Shown here: positions 32,901-39,831 of the stretch, piece by piece
How the letters are laid out: each line of letters opens with the position of its first letter
Position numbering within the stretch: position 1 is the stretch's first letter
From: a virus
Lineage: Duplodnaviria > Caudoviricetes
Direction: 5' to 3' (one strand)
Length of the DNA stretch: 56,694 nt
Virus record (IMG/VR): IMGVR_UViG_3300021375_000032
Coordinates: 1-56,694 of that record
Translations under genes and position numbers: made by a program
Notes under the pieces: generated by a model
The model's input: the letters and a program-made list of their open reading frames with translations, nothing else
The model's database searches: none
Told to the model about the DNA's origin: nothing

Positions 32901-33342
32901 ATTCACGGAAGTTTACAAATTTGTCCCAATCAATATTTGGGTTCCATGCATAAGTTTCTTGGCTGTTTAATCTACTATGATTGTCTGTGTTTGCACCAAA
33001 TACACCTAACTGTCCAATATAATCATTATAGTCTTTATAGAAAGTTACATTGTTGTAGTTGTCTTTGATAACTGTCGCAGGCTCTAACTGATAGTTTGTT
33101 CTGTCGGCAGTTACATCATCTATATAATTGTCTGTAGTTTTATATGCTTTAGCAGTTGTTCTGCCATAGTAGCCGTTAATTTTTTCTGCAACACCTGGCT
33201 GTATAAGCTGGTCTAGTGTACCTTGTAAAAACTTTTTATTTGCTTGTGTTCTAAAGAATTTAGGTAAAAAATCACTCGCAGTAATTTTATTGTTTTGTCC
33301 TGGTACTGGCAGGGCGCTTTCGTTTTGATCATTTTTAGCCAT
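17938..33342 (-). CDS. Giant (5134 aa) multidomain virion protein, probable baseplate wedge/receptor-binding scaffold
   Basis: Uninterrupted 15.4-kb ORF coupled (TAATG) to the gp6-like gene. It has beta-propeller-type FG repeats, GSGY-type repeats, W/F...Y..GD.V.Y modules and C-terminal GDGST..F modules. Confidence 0.75.
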   Translation of the reverse strand: MAKNDQNESALPVPGQNNKITASDFLPKFFRTQANKKFLQGTLDQLIQPGVAEKINGYYGRTTAKAYKTTDNYIDDVTADRTNYQLEPATVIKDNYNNVTFYKDYNDYIGQLGVFGANTDNHSRLNSQETYAWNPNIDWDKFVNFREYYWMPNGPISIPVRGQSRDIVSTYTVTTEDQGDNISYVFNDGLTRNPNLKLYRGQTYRFEIDAPGHPMAIAISRTFTPGTAILTAGTEGLRADGLFDTVLYGNEYDQGEYIILPSGGSVTFADDDNVSTLYPDGIRKLGEEGDEVAVAYIEKGTIEFTIPFNAPDRLFYISKNAVDTSGQFRIYDIEENAFLNVAEEILGKKTYLSANGVELSNGMKIRFQGDVLPVEYETNDWYVEGVGDKIKLIKDSNLIIPAAYNDTKRIAFDSDNFDTLPFSDASAYATEKDYIVVNRASLDRNAWSRYNRWHHKDVIIKSFEYNDLPINVDELTRAKRPIIEFEAGLKLNNFGAVAKQDVDLIDTFTTDVFSTIEGQLGYNIDGVELADNMRVLFAADTDILVSGKIYQVKFVNISNNRQISLVETNDTNPIDLETVLVTQGVKNSGKSYHYQGGKWTLAQEKTTRNQTPMFEVCDVNGNNYSDETYYGSSTFKGTKLFSYAQGEGTVDTELGFALSYKSIENSGDIVFDFNLLNDTFTYQTEEDLYTQKIDSGYLKKYKSLTDFSYVNGFSSTPTISKQYVITQYSASDIQNNNFVINCYDNSSSITDLKVVVFVNNKLKLINTDYTIDKSNDNVVVVFNKPLEINDVIKIKTDTKIIKNTNGYYEFPYNLERNPLNDDVSQFTLGEVIDHVDSMLEDIPRYTGNYLGQSNLRDLGDLDKYGKRFVKHSGTINLPLYHITNKKYNIIKALKYSNKEYTRYKKIFLDTASSLGYDGPVKQHVDLILKTINSDKLQSQPFYFSDMIATGAFNKIEYTVYDARTRDYPVTNNFNLTDLSSKSILVYLNNEQLTHTKDYNFNVAGYVSIDAGQVENDIIEIHEYDKTDGSFIAPTPSKLGLYPKYYPELTIDDTVQATVPETSGPFKIYGEDEATGNRGWFYPVYTSKSAAGKGAASKSYTFVGMNKLFYVPTEGAILAGNDDIEIDEYPIGVAFIRGHDGSYIKAYKDFRDELLLEFEKRIFNNIKAEYSTDRLDVNAFIGGEFRTNEFTKTEIDNTLIGNFQSWLLENLNDTNYTDNTFYDRTNNWTFNYSETKSPSGNINPGFWRSVYVRAFDTDRPHSHPWEMLGITTKPNWWNTVYGPAPYTGDNLVLWKDLEEGKIAEPNNTRINPKYARPGLTNFIPVDSTGKLLSPLDSRYAKDFDIRSATNNFKFGDYTPVENAWRRSSEYPFSVLTTMLLNQPAKTMGLGFDISRISKNLANQWVDITTNKPIVLKDLNLPNTFKSDVRTNTSGLVNYIYNLVASDILTVYEDYKTELKNITNQLAIKIAGFTSKEKFNLVLDSRSPTQSLTQDGIFVPQENYQVFLNTSSPSKLAVYSGIVVERAELGYIVRGYNLEKPYFEYYSSIQDSSASVVTVGGISEKVVLWDSNTSYLSGEVILHNNAYYRVIDSFTSSKTFDTDNIVKLPALPLTGGRTAEFKKNFDTTSVKRLQYGSRFSTAQEVVDFILGYSARQLEIGFSFENVISGTNEVENWNTAAKQFLFWTTQGWANNSLIALSPGANLIEFKRDYYVVDNIKDEFYGYNVFKADGLFLDSEFNSLLRDQNSFGIETVGTEEGLYHVALPLVQKEHVVLLDNTTDFNDTIYNPATGYRQERIRVNGYRSDNWNGGLNIPGFVYDDARFTDWTAWKDYHIGDIVKYKQYYYVATINVSGSQNFNSNFWYRLSEKPESQLMTNFDYRITQFTDFYDLDSDSFDVEQQTMAQHLIGYQKRQYLANIINDDVSQFKFYRGAIADKGTLNVFTKLFNALGNTTDNLEFYEEWAIQVGRYGAVDDVQQVEYNLKQDKMQESPQAVELVNTLPATNFDKIYRILPNEVFDKPADYDHAPFPTKPLTNEYIRTSGYVNEDDVDFVVGNLLDLASVNTNLISLGNTIWVTDTDNKSWTVKQLIRSKVNVIGINTLITEVATNRLRLVELTLDKWAIENFVVGDYIGVREAQTYNINGLYEIDSINLNTVRIRVPLDNEITDLEVENNESYVISTLRTIRVDNVAEINAATNQTIYDNQKLWIDTYNDEWAVLENNPVYLNSQSIFNTSEYDSTDQKFSDSVAITHDNNNVFVSAPDDANGKVSYYRRTREQNNLILDQEIIFEDDNLFNISNIKFGKSISVSPDGEYLVVGIPNASSVKTKLAYKIDANTSQETFDFQPDATYTKNDIVRYRESLWKTNREILPAIENQPFSTFDTYINIAAQADSDSTTLNLLVAGDPGLENNTTSHLLVRAPKDMYIGTKPGDILNLFWNQRSYTYPTLDNYIPFDGNIPLINKDFISQEHTIVEKIDHVLFLETFISLPVVGSIVTTNTGSAEVAYVSTRRDSAVVYLKNTNGVFDVTGELFIEELDFVGFYTEELTYTPSDAVAGYWMINTGFEYSNNGIYYDTGRGLVYADIKLQGSVRDLNEYYNIQDTVGAIGVYVTNKNQASYIEQLSYRGDPAGADAQDGVEQDVLSNKWVVRVGKTYSDTLTVGDTTEMRLYNLDNRIIDVAGAGFTYNNINKQQTIVDLWDGYIDFELSEFDFQGFAFEPQVGDIVEDIQYPRDGQGGLALTSITTSSAEVMFMQRKFNNVRIYLKVLSGEWLEQSNIGRFQIRRKANTSLRGATDVDRAIGTITDINNSIILGNSLVGKLVVFENTTNFDIVETPKIIDEEYWFFDETTELGIERLPNPPFSLNKDYIQIYNIPANEFGTEKTIENEGAVAIYRKLRDGTYRFQNVFVSEYREANRNFGETVKIVQTGNYYTLLVSSNSVVLPGDDSTERRAHPGSIELFRHGTKLTDSFKGEYKITAYEVNDIVIYKDNYYICQKATTNSQNVITDPIYWNNISWKHGKDSNYRGVFDNTYTYKKENIVVQDNKLWKAATNIAVGASIPSESNNSWTLLSTNIDYVGYLPNLTANAFYNEEVFDPIENILEFSKNFDISNDAQVLVVTSKQQEADNDSTVNTKLVIYRAVGDQFQVDQIITAPDNVTAWADKVALNPAGTQLAISSMLVDTNKVNQGVVYVYTQTDGTFVLTQTLTPPQNEESEGFGFGLDFGTDNLVVSSLNGDQIIPTTFDVSVYAETEDTVTTFDRDFTNFRNVKLDKGVVYVYEEVNESLIYSEQFVYPLTQTTFGENIYANSNHVYIGMPDQFNDSTKGQLLDFRKNKGVFGWNILKEGITPVDVDNIQGAFLYNKRENRIVSYIDYIDPVQGKIAGPADQEITFKTPFDPAVYNTGNTSDSSVDPNRAWTDKHVGQVWWNIGTAKFTHAYQGSTTFQKNNWNKLTPGARIDVYEWVESNLIPSIRDGIADTPDGIANGISGTSLFGDARYSTKITYDEFSKTFNNKYYFWIVNSVVVPVLENRRLSIRDIAALIENPRIQAYPFLSLLSNNKFVLNNFDTFVDNDDLVLNIKYSTGPKKLQNIHSQYKLISDGLETSKPDPDIERKWFDSLIGFDDNNRIVPDPTITVKNRYGVQNRPRQSMFVNRFEALKQTIERINLKLSENLIVDEYDISSLTQKDTLPTLISKEYDLAIDTFADLKFVSTNKITPAVLTPVITNGRISRINITDSGRGYKVAPSFKINGEGVDADFDIIINSLGQITDVNITNTGSGYNSSTTITIRPFTVLINADESVQDKWALYSWNGTEWYRRKIQSYNVELYWNYIDWYAEGYNQFTNINDTVLGSYQIPSLSNNIGDITKIENVGSGGWLLLRKIDNQDSEDYTINYETIGRQNGTIQFKDTLYDYSKNAVGYSNRSFDSNFFDNNPSVELRIILETIRDKLFTNALEIEYNQLFMAALRYVMSEQQSVDWMFKTSFVKAKHNRESLSQQDITFNNDNLQSYQDFVEEFKPYSTKIREFVSEYTAIDPTNSSISDFDLPPFYNKLIKSIESSNAIIVDNEIQKENLDISVYPRKNWKDNLGYQITEIQLGSSGSGFTFEPTVTLVGGGGSGATAKAYLGYGKITSIKITNPGNGYTSAPSVVISGSQVETGTPARATAVLGNGVVRTPSIKIKFDRTSGTFTFDTLAKTETFTGTGFENRFFLEWPMDLDIKKVNVYVDNILQLRSKYTFENIKNTDKSYVREQGKILFATPPKLNSVIRVEYNIPLSMLNAEDRIKFAYNPIAGMYGNDLAQLMTGVDYGGVEVRSFDFSSPSGFDSLPWYTDNWDEFDDTFEDEVFTADGSTIAVQLSAPLEDGVVYNLYKNGVRIDDPNYDAGTPTNVYAITNSITGDGVTDIVYVQDLGIELLDNDVFVVRKTTSDGSVLPDAESYDTALTGGDLAYTTARGIAAEEIIVDGDGFVTPTTSAGPEEVVPGQVLDTLDIKVYTRDSQGQGVINSQSYIMDSTVTYDLGVTPNSSDAVIVKVNNIILPQTEYTINWSANTVTLDTAVVGAELNIVTVSQGIQNILDFGQLVGDGSTTEFETTVDWEENASVYASINGVQQTVVAFKSDTTSKTVIRFEEVVLNGAVINYTVFSADEQINYSQITKDVFTGDGSTREFTLASAPLYAIPSEHNIIVKVDNKILNAGYNIQYTIPENNQREYPLEIFQMPQGSLDVADVKIFLNGEEKFTPLDWRFEIANSSITLTDDVGIPGNLIEMYVITDGDYRINGKSITLDTAPINGAVVEIIQFANHDLLGIERINYDVVSRTTLIPEDVDYITYNRLTVGEVTLRKPAVDAQYVWVSVNGELLTPSVDYSVTDDKLKVQLVRQPAANDVIDIIHFTAPVSKPKFSYRQFKDMLNRTHFKRLDKSAAKLAQSLNYYDLRIELDDASELSEPNKGQNLPGVIFIEGERIEYFVKEENTLRQLRRGTLGTGVKDTYATDTKVFDQNISKTVPYKDQILSYNASYVEDGTKKIGADGLTATFEIGYPVASINEIEVFVGGVRMRKTALDVFNYATALDSPDGDTSVAADFTFNADTNEITLLTTPAKDTRVTVVKKVGQSWTILGTALGDTENSIARFVRAGTSELPE

Positions 33343-36300
33343 TAGTAACTATAACCTCCACCGGTGTTTGAACTGCTTGATGTATTAGATGTTGATGCAC
33401 TACTTGTTATTCCTGATGTTATAGCAGTTGATACACTATTAATTACTGTACCGCTTGCTTGTAGGTTAATTGCTGTTAACTGATCAATTGTTTCAATATC
33501 ACTTACTTTAGCAGCACTTGCAAATATTTCGTCGGGTTCGCTTTTTATCTCAAATAAGCTACCAAAACTTTGTGTAGTTTGTCTTGGTACTATTAGTATG
33601 CTTACTAGCTTTGGTGATAATTCATTCATAATATAGGCACTAAGTTCTTGGAAATAAAATGTTTCTCCAAAGTCCCAGTTTTCAATATCAAAAAATTTGT
33701 TAATCGCTTCGATAATTTGTGATTTTAATTCATTGTCATTAATAACTAAGTTAGTATTTTTAACAATCTTAAATTTAACTTGTAAATCAGCCGGTGCCGT
33801 ATCACCGAATAATATTTTGTACTTTACTGGATGATAAATGATTTCGTCGCTAATTGATTTAATCTTATTAATCTCTGTTCCGTAACTTCTAAACAATTCG
33901 TCGTTGCTAGGCGGTTTAGGTTGTATTAAAGTTGTTCCAGCAATATATTGTTTAACTTGCGTATCATATGTTTTAGATAATACATAAGTATCGATAATAT
34001 TACTTGCACTCGGATCTATCCTATAGCCACTGTCAGCAACATGAATATAATGGAATTTTAAATCTGCTCTTCCAAAATATGCTTTATAGTCTGTATTAAT
34101 TGTTGTATTGTTTAGTGCTTTATTAAGTTTTCTAAAAATACCTTCATCGATTAGATAAAATATTTGTCCTTCTAAACGGCTGCTATAAGGAGCAATTAAT
34201 GCTTCATTTTGAACAATAATAATTTCAGCATTTGTATTTGCAAAATATTTAAAATCTTCTACACCGTCAGTTGTTGTATATTTCTTTTGTAATATTAATT
34301 TAGCTGCTGTAGAAATTGAAGTGTCTTCTTCGCCTACAATTTGCTCAAAGATATCTGGATCATCAACTACGCCGTCGTCATCTAAGTCAATAAACTGTAC
34401 TTGAATTTTACGACTGTCTAAGTATCCTTCTACATCTCTGTATGCGTCAGTAATTGTCCAGCTAAAATCTCTAGTAAACGGAATCAGTTCGCCAGGCTTT
34501 CTGTTAATATTTAAAATATCAATTTTGTCTCTAACAATTTGACCAGTGGCCGGATCATAAATTTTATCAGCTGCATCAAAGAAGAATCTAATCTCGTCTG
34601 CACTTTCCATTACATATCTTAAATTACGGTATGTAATTGTATATTTTTCTCCGTCGGTTTTAAAATATAACATCCAACTTGCATCAAGATTTTCACCTGT
34701 TGTATCACCTGCTTTACCTGGTGCCCACTTATTAAGAGTGTTAATGTTTTCTGCTAGTACTATTTTCCATTGTCTATCATATTGATCATAACGCAGCGCA
34801 AAATCATTGTACTCAAAAACTTGATCAATTAATTGTGTTTTTATATCATTAATTAATACTTTAGAAAAGTTTGGAACAATTTGTTGTAGTATTGCATCAG
34901 AAGGCAATACATCATTAACTACAATAGGCGCAATTCCGTCTTCGTCAATAACAGTCCCGTTACCTGTTACTGAAATAACCTTTACCCATTTGTATGTTGT
35001 TTTTCCTAAATGATCTACAACTCCACTATTGTCCATTAACGTACCATCAGTCATAAAGTGCTTGCCTTCTGGTGCAACAAATTTTAACATAGTTCCTGCT
35101 TCTAATAAACGTAAACTATTAGCTGTAAATGAACCTACGTTATAAGGATTTTCATCAATATCTCGAAGTAGCCCTAAAGTTTGATTTGTACTAGTGCTAG
35201 ACTGTAGCCACGATGCATTAAGGTCACTAACAATAATTTTTGGATATTTTGCAAGATAAAAGTTTTGAGCGTTTACACTACTTAACATACCTTCAATTGT
35301 ATTATATATAACACCTTCAATGTCTGTTTGAGTTGCAAACGTAAAAGACTGCTTTTCTACAAATTCTTCTTTATAGAGCACACCATCATCAGCAAACAAA
35401 CTAGTATTTGAATATTTTCCACTAGCATCTTTTAAATCAAAGAAACGACTTATTCCGCTTGAAATTCTGTTTGAACTTTTAGTCTTAATAATATCTTGAC
35501 TAATAGCAAGAGGACCAATATTATAATCTTCACCTGTAATTAATCTGTTTTGTGTATAATAAGTTGCAGGTGCATTTTGTTTAATTTCTGTATTAGTTTC
35601 AGTAGCAGTACCGTTGCTAATTGTATAATTTAATTTAAACCCAATAGTAAGTGTTTGTCGTGCACCAGTTCTTGATTGATAAGGAATATCAATACTTACT
35701 GTTCCAACTGCACTAGGTGTAATTACACTTCTTGTATTATTACTAGTTCTATAATAAGTTCTAAAATTTCCCGAAGGCAAATTACCAAAAACCCCGTCAC
35801 TAAAGTTTAAATTAATTCTATCTCCAATGCGACTAGTTACAGCAAAGACATCTCTAGTTTTATTAAATAAACTGTTATAGATAACGTTGTTGCCTTCTAC
35901 GGCATCAATTTTTGTCCATTCGTTATTTTCAAATCCTGCACTGTTTAATGAAAATAGCCATACGTCACTGTCATTAATATTTTCAGCATCAATTTGCACT
36001 GCTTGATTTGGTGTTGGATTGGAAACATTAAAATTACCTGTTTCAAGCTTACCTTGACGGAAATGCATAAAGAATCCAGTGTTTGAACTACCTGCACCTT
36101 GGCCGTCATCTCTAAATAGAAACGCAGGACTATTACCTGGTAAAGGTGCTTCTTCTAAAATACTGTCATCTATGATATCAGTACTTACAATTTCAAAACG
36201 TGTGCCTACGCCTTCAATACGCTTAGTAAACGGATAAATTGCTTGCCCTGTATTTGTAGCATTTAAACGATATTTTTGTGTTTGAACATCTGCAATCAGT

Positions 36301-36830
36301 GCAGATTTTAAAGGATTGCCTATTGAATTTGAAAGCGGTAATGCTGAATTTAGTATTTTTGTAAATTGTTCAAAATAATTTGTGTTAGTTTGATCATTCC
36401 ACTTAATTGTAATTCCTGCTAGATTTAAACCATTTGAATCTAATAGATTTTCAGTTGTTTTAATTGTGTCAAATTTTAGTAAACCGTTTGCTGCTTGATT
36501 TCTGCGAGGGTTATATGACAGCATACGTGCAAGACGTAATACGCTTTCTCTGCGTTCTGCCGTTTCAAGGAAGTTTTCACGTGCGTTTAAATCAATACGG
36601 AATGATAAGTTTTGCCCAAGGAATGCAATCATATCAATTAGTGCAAGATATTCGCTAGACTCAATATAGTCGTTAAAATCTTCTGGATAATTCTGACGTA
36701 AGTAGTTGATCATCGTACGGCGTAGATTGTCAAAGTCATAACTTTGAAAATCAGCGTTACGGAATGATTGGTAAATTCTTTTCCAGTCCTCAGCTACTAG
36801 TAGCCTTGACTGTCTATCATTTGAAGACAT
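33342..36830 (-). CDS. gp6: Baseplate wedge subunit (T4 gp6-like)
   Basis: DFDNLR..MINYL...F.DY.ESS....LID..A, ENFLETA.RRESVL.LA.ML.Y.P, FSDGVFG.LP and APATYYTQNR.IT.EDY are gp6 family motifs. Start is 36830 (AAGGA RBS) or 36836. Confidence 0.85.
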   Translation of the reverse strand: MSSNDRQSRLLVAEDWKRIYQSFRNADFQSYDFDNLRRTMINYLRQNYPEDFNDYIESSEYLALIDMIAFLGQNLSFRIDLNARENFLETAERRESVLRLARMLSYNPRRNQAANGLLKFDTIKTTENLLDSNGLNLAGITIKWNDQTNTNYFEQFTKILNSALPLSNSIGNPLKSALIADVQTQKYRLNATNTGQAIYPFTKRIEGVGTRFEIVSTDIIDDSILEEAPLPGNSPAFLFRDDGQGAGSSNTGFFMHFRQGKLETGNFNVSNPTPNQAVQIDAENINDSDVWLFSLNSAGFENNEWTKIDAVEGNNVIYNSLFNKTRDVFAVTSRIGDRINLNFSDGVFGNLPSGNFRTYYRTSNNTRSVITPSAVGTVSIDIPYQSRTGARQTLTIGFKLNYTISNGTATETNTEIKQNAPATYYTQNRLITGEDYNIGPLAISQDIIKTKSSNRISSGISRFFDLKDASGKYSNTSLFADDGVLYKEEFVEKQSFTFATQTDIEGVIYNTIEGMLSSVNAQNFYLAKYPKIIVSDLNASWLQSSTSTNQTLGLLRDIDENPYNVGSFTANSLRLLEAGTMLKFVAPEGKHFMTDGTLMDNSGVVDHLGKTTYKWVKVISVTGNGTVIDEDGIAPIVVNDVLPSDAILQQIVPNFSKVLINDIKTQLIDQVFEYNDFALRYDQYDRQWKIVLAENINTLNKWAPGKAGDTTGENLDASWMLYFKTDGEKYTITYRNLRYVMESADEIRFFFDAADKIYDPATGQIVRDKIDILNINRKPGELIPFTRDFSWTITDAYRDVEGYLDSRKIQVQFIDLDDDGVVDDPDIFEQIVGEEDTSISTAAKLILQKKYTTTDGVEDFKYFANTNAEIIIVQNEALIAPYSSRLEGQIFYLIDEGIFRKLNKALNNTTINTDYKAYFGRADLKFHYIHVADSGYRIDPSASNIIDTYVLSKTYDTQVKQYIAGTTLIQPKPPSNDELFRSYGTEINKIKSISDEIIYHPVKYKILFGDTAPADLQVKFKIVKNTNLVINDNELKSQIIEAINKFFDIENWDFGETFYFQELSAYIMNELSPKLVSILIVPRQTTQSFGSLFEIKSEPDEIFASAAKVSDIETIDQLTAINLQASGTVINSVSTAITSGITSSASTSNTSSSSNTGGGYSY

Positions 36831-36854
36831 GTGCATTTCCTTGTTTACTGATAA

Positions 36855-36861
36855 TATTTAT
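36855..36861 (-). promoter_or_regulatory. Late promoter-like ATAAATA
   Basis: Intergenic, upstream of the gp6-like gene. Confidence 0.6.
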
Positions 36862-36888
36862 CTTATAGGAAAAAGTGCGTATTTAATT

Positions 36889-37329
36889 TTAAGACTGAAG
36901 CAAGCCGTTTTCTTTATCAAATTTAAAACGTAATTGATCTGTTATACCGAATGGCAAAACTATAATTGTGCAATCAATTTGTATACCTTGTTCATAAGTA
37001 TCAATAATAATATCATCAGCTTTTATTCTAGGATCATAATTAATAATACGTGTTACGTCTTCAATTATGGCTTCTTGTACTTCAATAGTAAACGGTTCGT
37101 ATAATATATCCCAAATAATTGTGCCAAATGTAGGATCACTTAGCTTTTCAGTTTGACGTATATGAAAATGATTAATTAAATCTTGTTTAATTAGTTCAAA
37201 ATCGTATATACTAAAACTCTTAGCATCAGCAACTGTTGAAAATCCTCTGTATTTTCTTCCAGTAGATGCTGTTTGAGCTGTAGAGTTTACTGTTACACGT
37301 TTATATAAGTTTTTTTCTAATTGGCTCAT
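36889..37329 (-). CDS. gp25: Baseplate wedge subunit (T4 gp25-like)
   Basis: LIKQDL.N.F...EK...P.FG..I..LYEP...I..YDPRI pattern of the gp25/GpW family; positioned between gp5 and gp6. Confidence 0.85.
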   Translation of the reverse strand: MSQLEKNLYKRVTVNSTAQTASTGRKYRGFSTVADAKSFSIYDFELIKQDLINHFHIRQTEKLSDPTFGTIIWDILYEPFTIEVQEAIIEDVTRIINYDPRIKADDIIIDTYEQGIQIDCTIIVLPFGITDQLRFKFDKENGLLQS

Positions 37330-37333
37330 ACTA

Positions 37334-37339
37334 TATTTA
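37334..37339 (-). promoter_or_regulatory. Late promoter-like TAAATA 4 nt before the ATG (leaderless)
   Basis: Minus strand reads GGTAAATATAGTATG; no SD. Confidence 0.55.
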
Positions 37340-37345
37340 CCTTAA

Positions 37346-39829
37346 TTATTGTGCATTACTTGTAGGTGTAACTGATCTTGTAGCAGCACTATTATCCGTT
37401 GGATCTGACACTGGAGGATTTGCTTGTGCTTCTGCAATTTCTTGTTCTAAACTTCTAAGTGCATCTGCTTCTTCATTGTGAAATCTGTTAACAACACTAT
37501 TTCTAACTGCTTGTGTACTACTGGGGAAATATCTTGCACCGTTTCCTGCTCGTCGTTGGGCATAAACTGCTCTAATTAGTGCAGCATCAGTAGGCTCTGT
37601 TGCGGTAGGAGTGTTTGGCGGATACCCTAAAGTTTCTAATGCATTTCTAAACACGCTTGATGCACCCCCAGCGCCGTGTTGTATTGATGTAGAAAAACCC
37701 ATTTGATTTACAGTTGAAGATCGTAATTCGAGATCAAGTCCTGTTCCATTTTTAATTCGTCTAATGCCAGGAAGATAGTATTGTATCCCTGCATATTCGC
37801 TTTGTGCTGCGCTGCCTGCGGCTGTTCCCATAACCTGTGCCCATGCTGCCTTGTATGCATCTGTGCCTGCTCTTGCGCCGGTAGGCCCGCCGGCTGCTGC
37901 TAATTGTGATTCTAAATCAGGATGAGCGGTAGCTAACCAATTGTGGAATTCATTTAATGATCCGGTGTTTGCTGCTAATTGATATTTTCCGTAACTCCAG
38001 CCGCCTGTGCTATCCCAGCCTATAATTGCAGGATTGCCTCGAGATTCATACCGCTCACTCAATGCACCAATATTATCATCGAATGTATAATCGCTTGAAT
38101 AATCACCAGGTGGTACACCAGGTTGTCCATTGCTGCCTGGACGACCTGCATTTCCTGTGCTAACGTTGCCGCCGCTTCCTTGCACAAATGCACTTGACTT
38201 TCTACCTTGTAAATTCTTGTTAAAGGTATCCGGAGTAAGTACACGATCTGCACTAGGAAGTGCTCCAGGTGCGTCTCTATCTGTTTGAATTTTCTTAAAC
38301 GACAACGGATCTAAATTTTCATGATGAGGCCAAGGCTCATGTTGTGGTGACCTTGCAAGTATACTTTCAACACTTGATATTTGGCCGCCTGGTTTTACCT
38401 TCGGTAATGTGTTTACAGTTAAAGTTCGAACCTCACTTGCAGGACTTGCAACTGGTGCAGTTGGTCCATTCATATGTACATATATTGCAGTTTCTCTATG
38501 TTCTTTTGCACTGTTAATAAAAGTATTGCCGCTGGTCGATGTTAATCTATTATCTTGTTCTGTTTTGATATGTAAGTTTCCAGTAGTATCAATATATTGA
38601 TTTGCCTTTACTTTTATATGTTGATTCTGTCCTACAGTAATTTTACTATCTTTACCAACATGCAGGTTAAAATTATTTTTAGATTCAATCTGTACTCTGC
38701 CAGATTCTACTCCAGAAGTATTACGCCCTGCTGCTTTGATATTAACATTTCTTCCTGCTTCCATGTTTATATCACGTTCAGCATTAATGTTTAAATCATT
38801 ATCAGTGCTAATACTAACACTATCGTGTGCATAGATGTCAATTTTACCATCACTGGTCATTTCGATCCAAGTAGTGCCGCGAGCATTTCCGATATAAATC
38901 AAATCTTCTGAATTATTCATTAGTATCTGATGACCAGTACGTGTTCTTAGACGTAATAATTCATTTTGGGGTATAGTTCTGTCGCCGCCTGGTTCGTTTG
39001 CGCCTTTGTTTTTATAAATTGGTGGGCCGTCTTCTGCATGTGTTGCACGTACAAAACGCTCGTCGCCATCATCCATTACAATTGACGAGCCGCCTAATCT
39101 ATTAGATGGAGAAGAAACTTTCTGTCCTTTGGTGCCGATTTCTGATGTAGGCGATCCGTCTCGGCGATCCTTAGGACCAGGTGTGCTTATACCAAATACC
39201 ATACTTGGTATTTCTCGTCTTGCACTACTTGTGGTTGTTCCTCTAATTTCGTCGTTTAGCAATCCTTGTATTTCAAGAGTTTCTGCAAAATCTTTATTGT
39301 AAGGTTTTTCAAAAAGAGTAGGATCAACTCTTGAGCCAGTTTCAATTGCTTTGTTGTACTCGCCTGTTGGCAATTTGCGTCCTCTTAAACTTGGAGGCGT
39401 TATTCCTGTTGTATTTTCAGTTGATGCTCTGCCATCAGGAACCATAAAATTCATATAATCTGCTGGTATACATCCTATCCAATAACCAAAATTAGGATTG
39501 CCTTCTGCAAAGATTACAAGAACTTTTGTGCCTACGTCTGGCGGAACCATCCACATGCCATAACTTTTTTGTGTATGCTCATATCCGTCATTTGCAGTAA
39601 GTGCAGCATTTGGAGTGACTCCGTAAAAAGGACTAAGGTATTTTACGTTTAATAGTTGTCCGCTACGTTCAGGCGTGCCACCTGAACTAGTGTAACGCAA
39701 TAATTCAACAACAAGTCCGCCCATATATTTTGTATCTAAGTTATTAACTACAATAGCTTCATAGGGACCTGAATTTCTAAATCCAGTTGTTTGCGAACTA
39801 GTAGTTCTTGTATAATTTCCGTTTGACAT
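37346..39829 (-). CDS. gp5: Baseplate hub/central spike (gp5/VgrG-like) with C-terminal lysozyme-like domain
   Basis: OB-fold-type YGMWMVPPDVGTKVLVIF.EG....YWIG; RTRTGHQI...beta-helix repeats; C-terminal LSERYES.G......GGWSYGKYQL resembles VgrG3-type muramidases. Confidence 0.8.
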   Translation of the reverse strand: MSNGNYTRTTSSQTTGFRNSGPYEAIVVNNLDTKYMGGLVVELLRYTSSGGTPERSGQLLNVKYLSPFYGVTPNAALTANDGYEHTQKSYGMWMVPPDVGTKVLVIFAEGNPNFGYWIGCIPADYMNFMVPDGRASTENTTGITPPSLRGRKLPTGEYNKAIETGSRVDPTLFEKPYNKDFAETLEIQGLLNDEIRGTTTSSARREIPSMVFGISTPGPKDRRDGSPTSEIGTKGQKVSSPSNRLGGSSIVMDDGDERFVRATHAEDGPPIYKNKGANEPGGDRTIPQNELLRLRTRTGHQILMNNSEDLIYIGNARGTTWIEMTSDGKIDIYAHDSVSISTDNDLNINAERDINMEAGRNVNIKAAGRNTSGVESGRVQIESKNNFNLHVGKDSKITVGQNQHIKVKANQYIDTTGNLHIKTEQDNRLTSTSGNTFINSAKEHRETAIYVHMNGPTAPVASPASEVRTLTVNTLPKVKPGGQISSVESILARSPQHEPWPHHENLDPLSFKKIQTDRDAPGALPSADRVLTPDTFNKNLQGRKSSAFVQGSGGNVSTGNAGRPGSNGQPGVPPGDYSSDYTFDDNIGALSERYESRGNPAIIGWDSTGGWSYGKYQLAANTGSLNEFHNWLATAHPDLESQLAAAGGPTGARAGTDAYKAAWAQVMGTAAGSAAQSEYAGIQYYLPGIRRIKNGTGLDLELRSSTVNQMGFSTSIQHGAGGASSVFRNALETLGYPPNTPTATEPTDAALIRAVYAQRRAGNGARYFPSSTQAVRNSVVNRFHNEEADALRSLEQEIAEAQANPPVSDPTDNSAATRSVTPTSNAQ

Positions 39830-39831
39830 TT

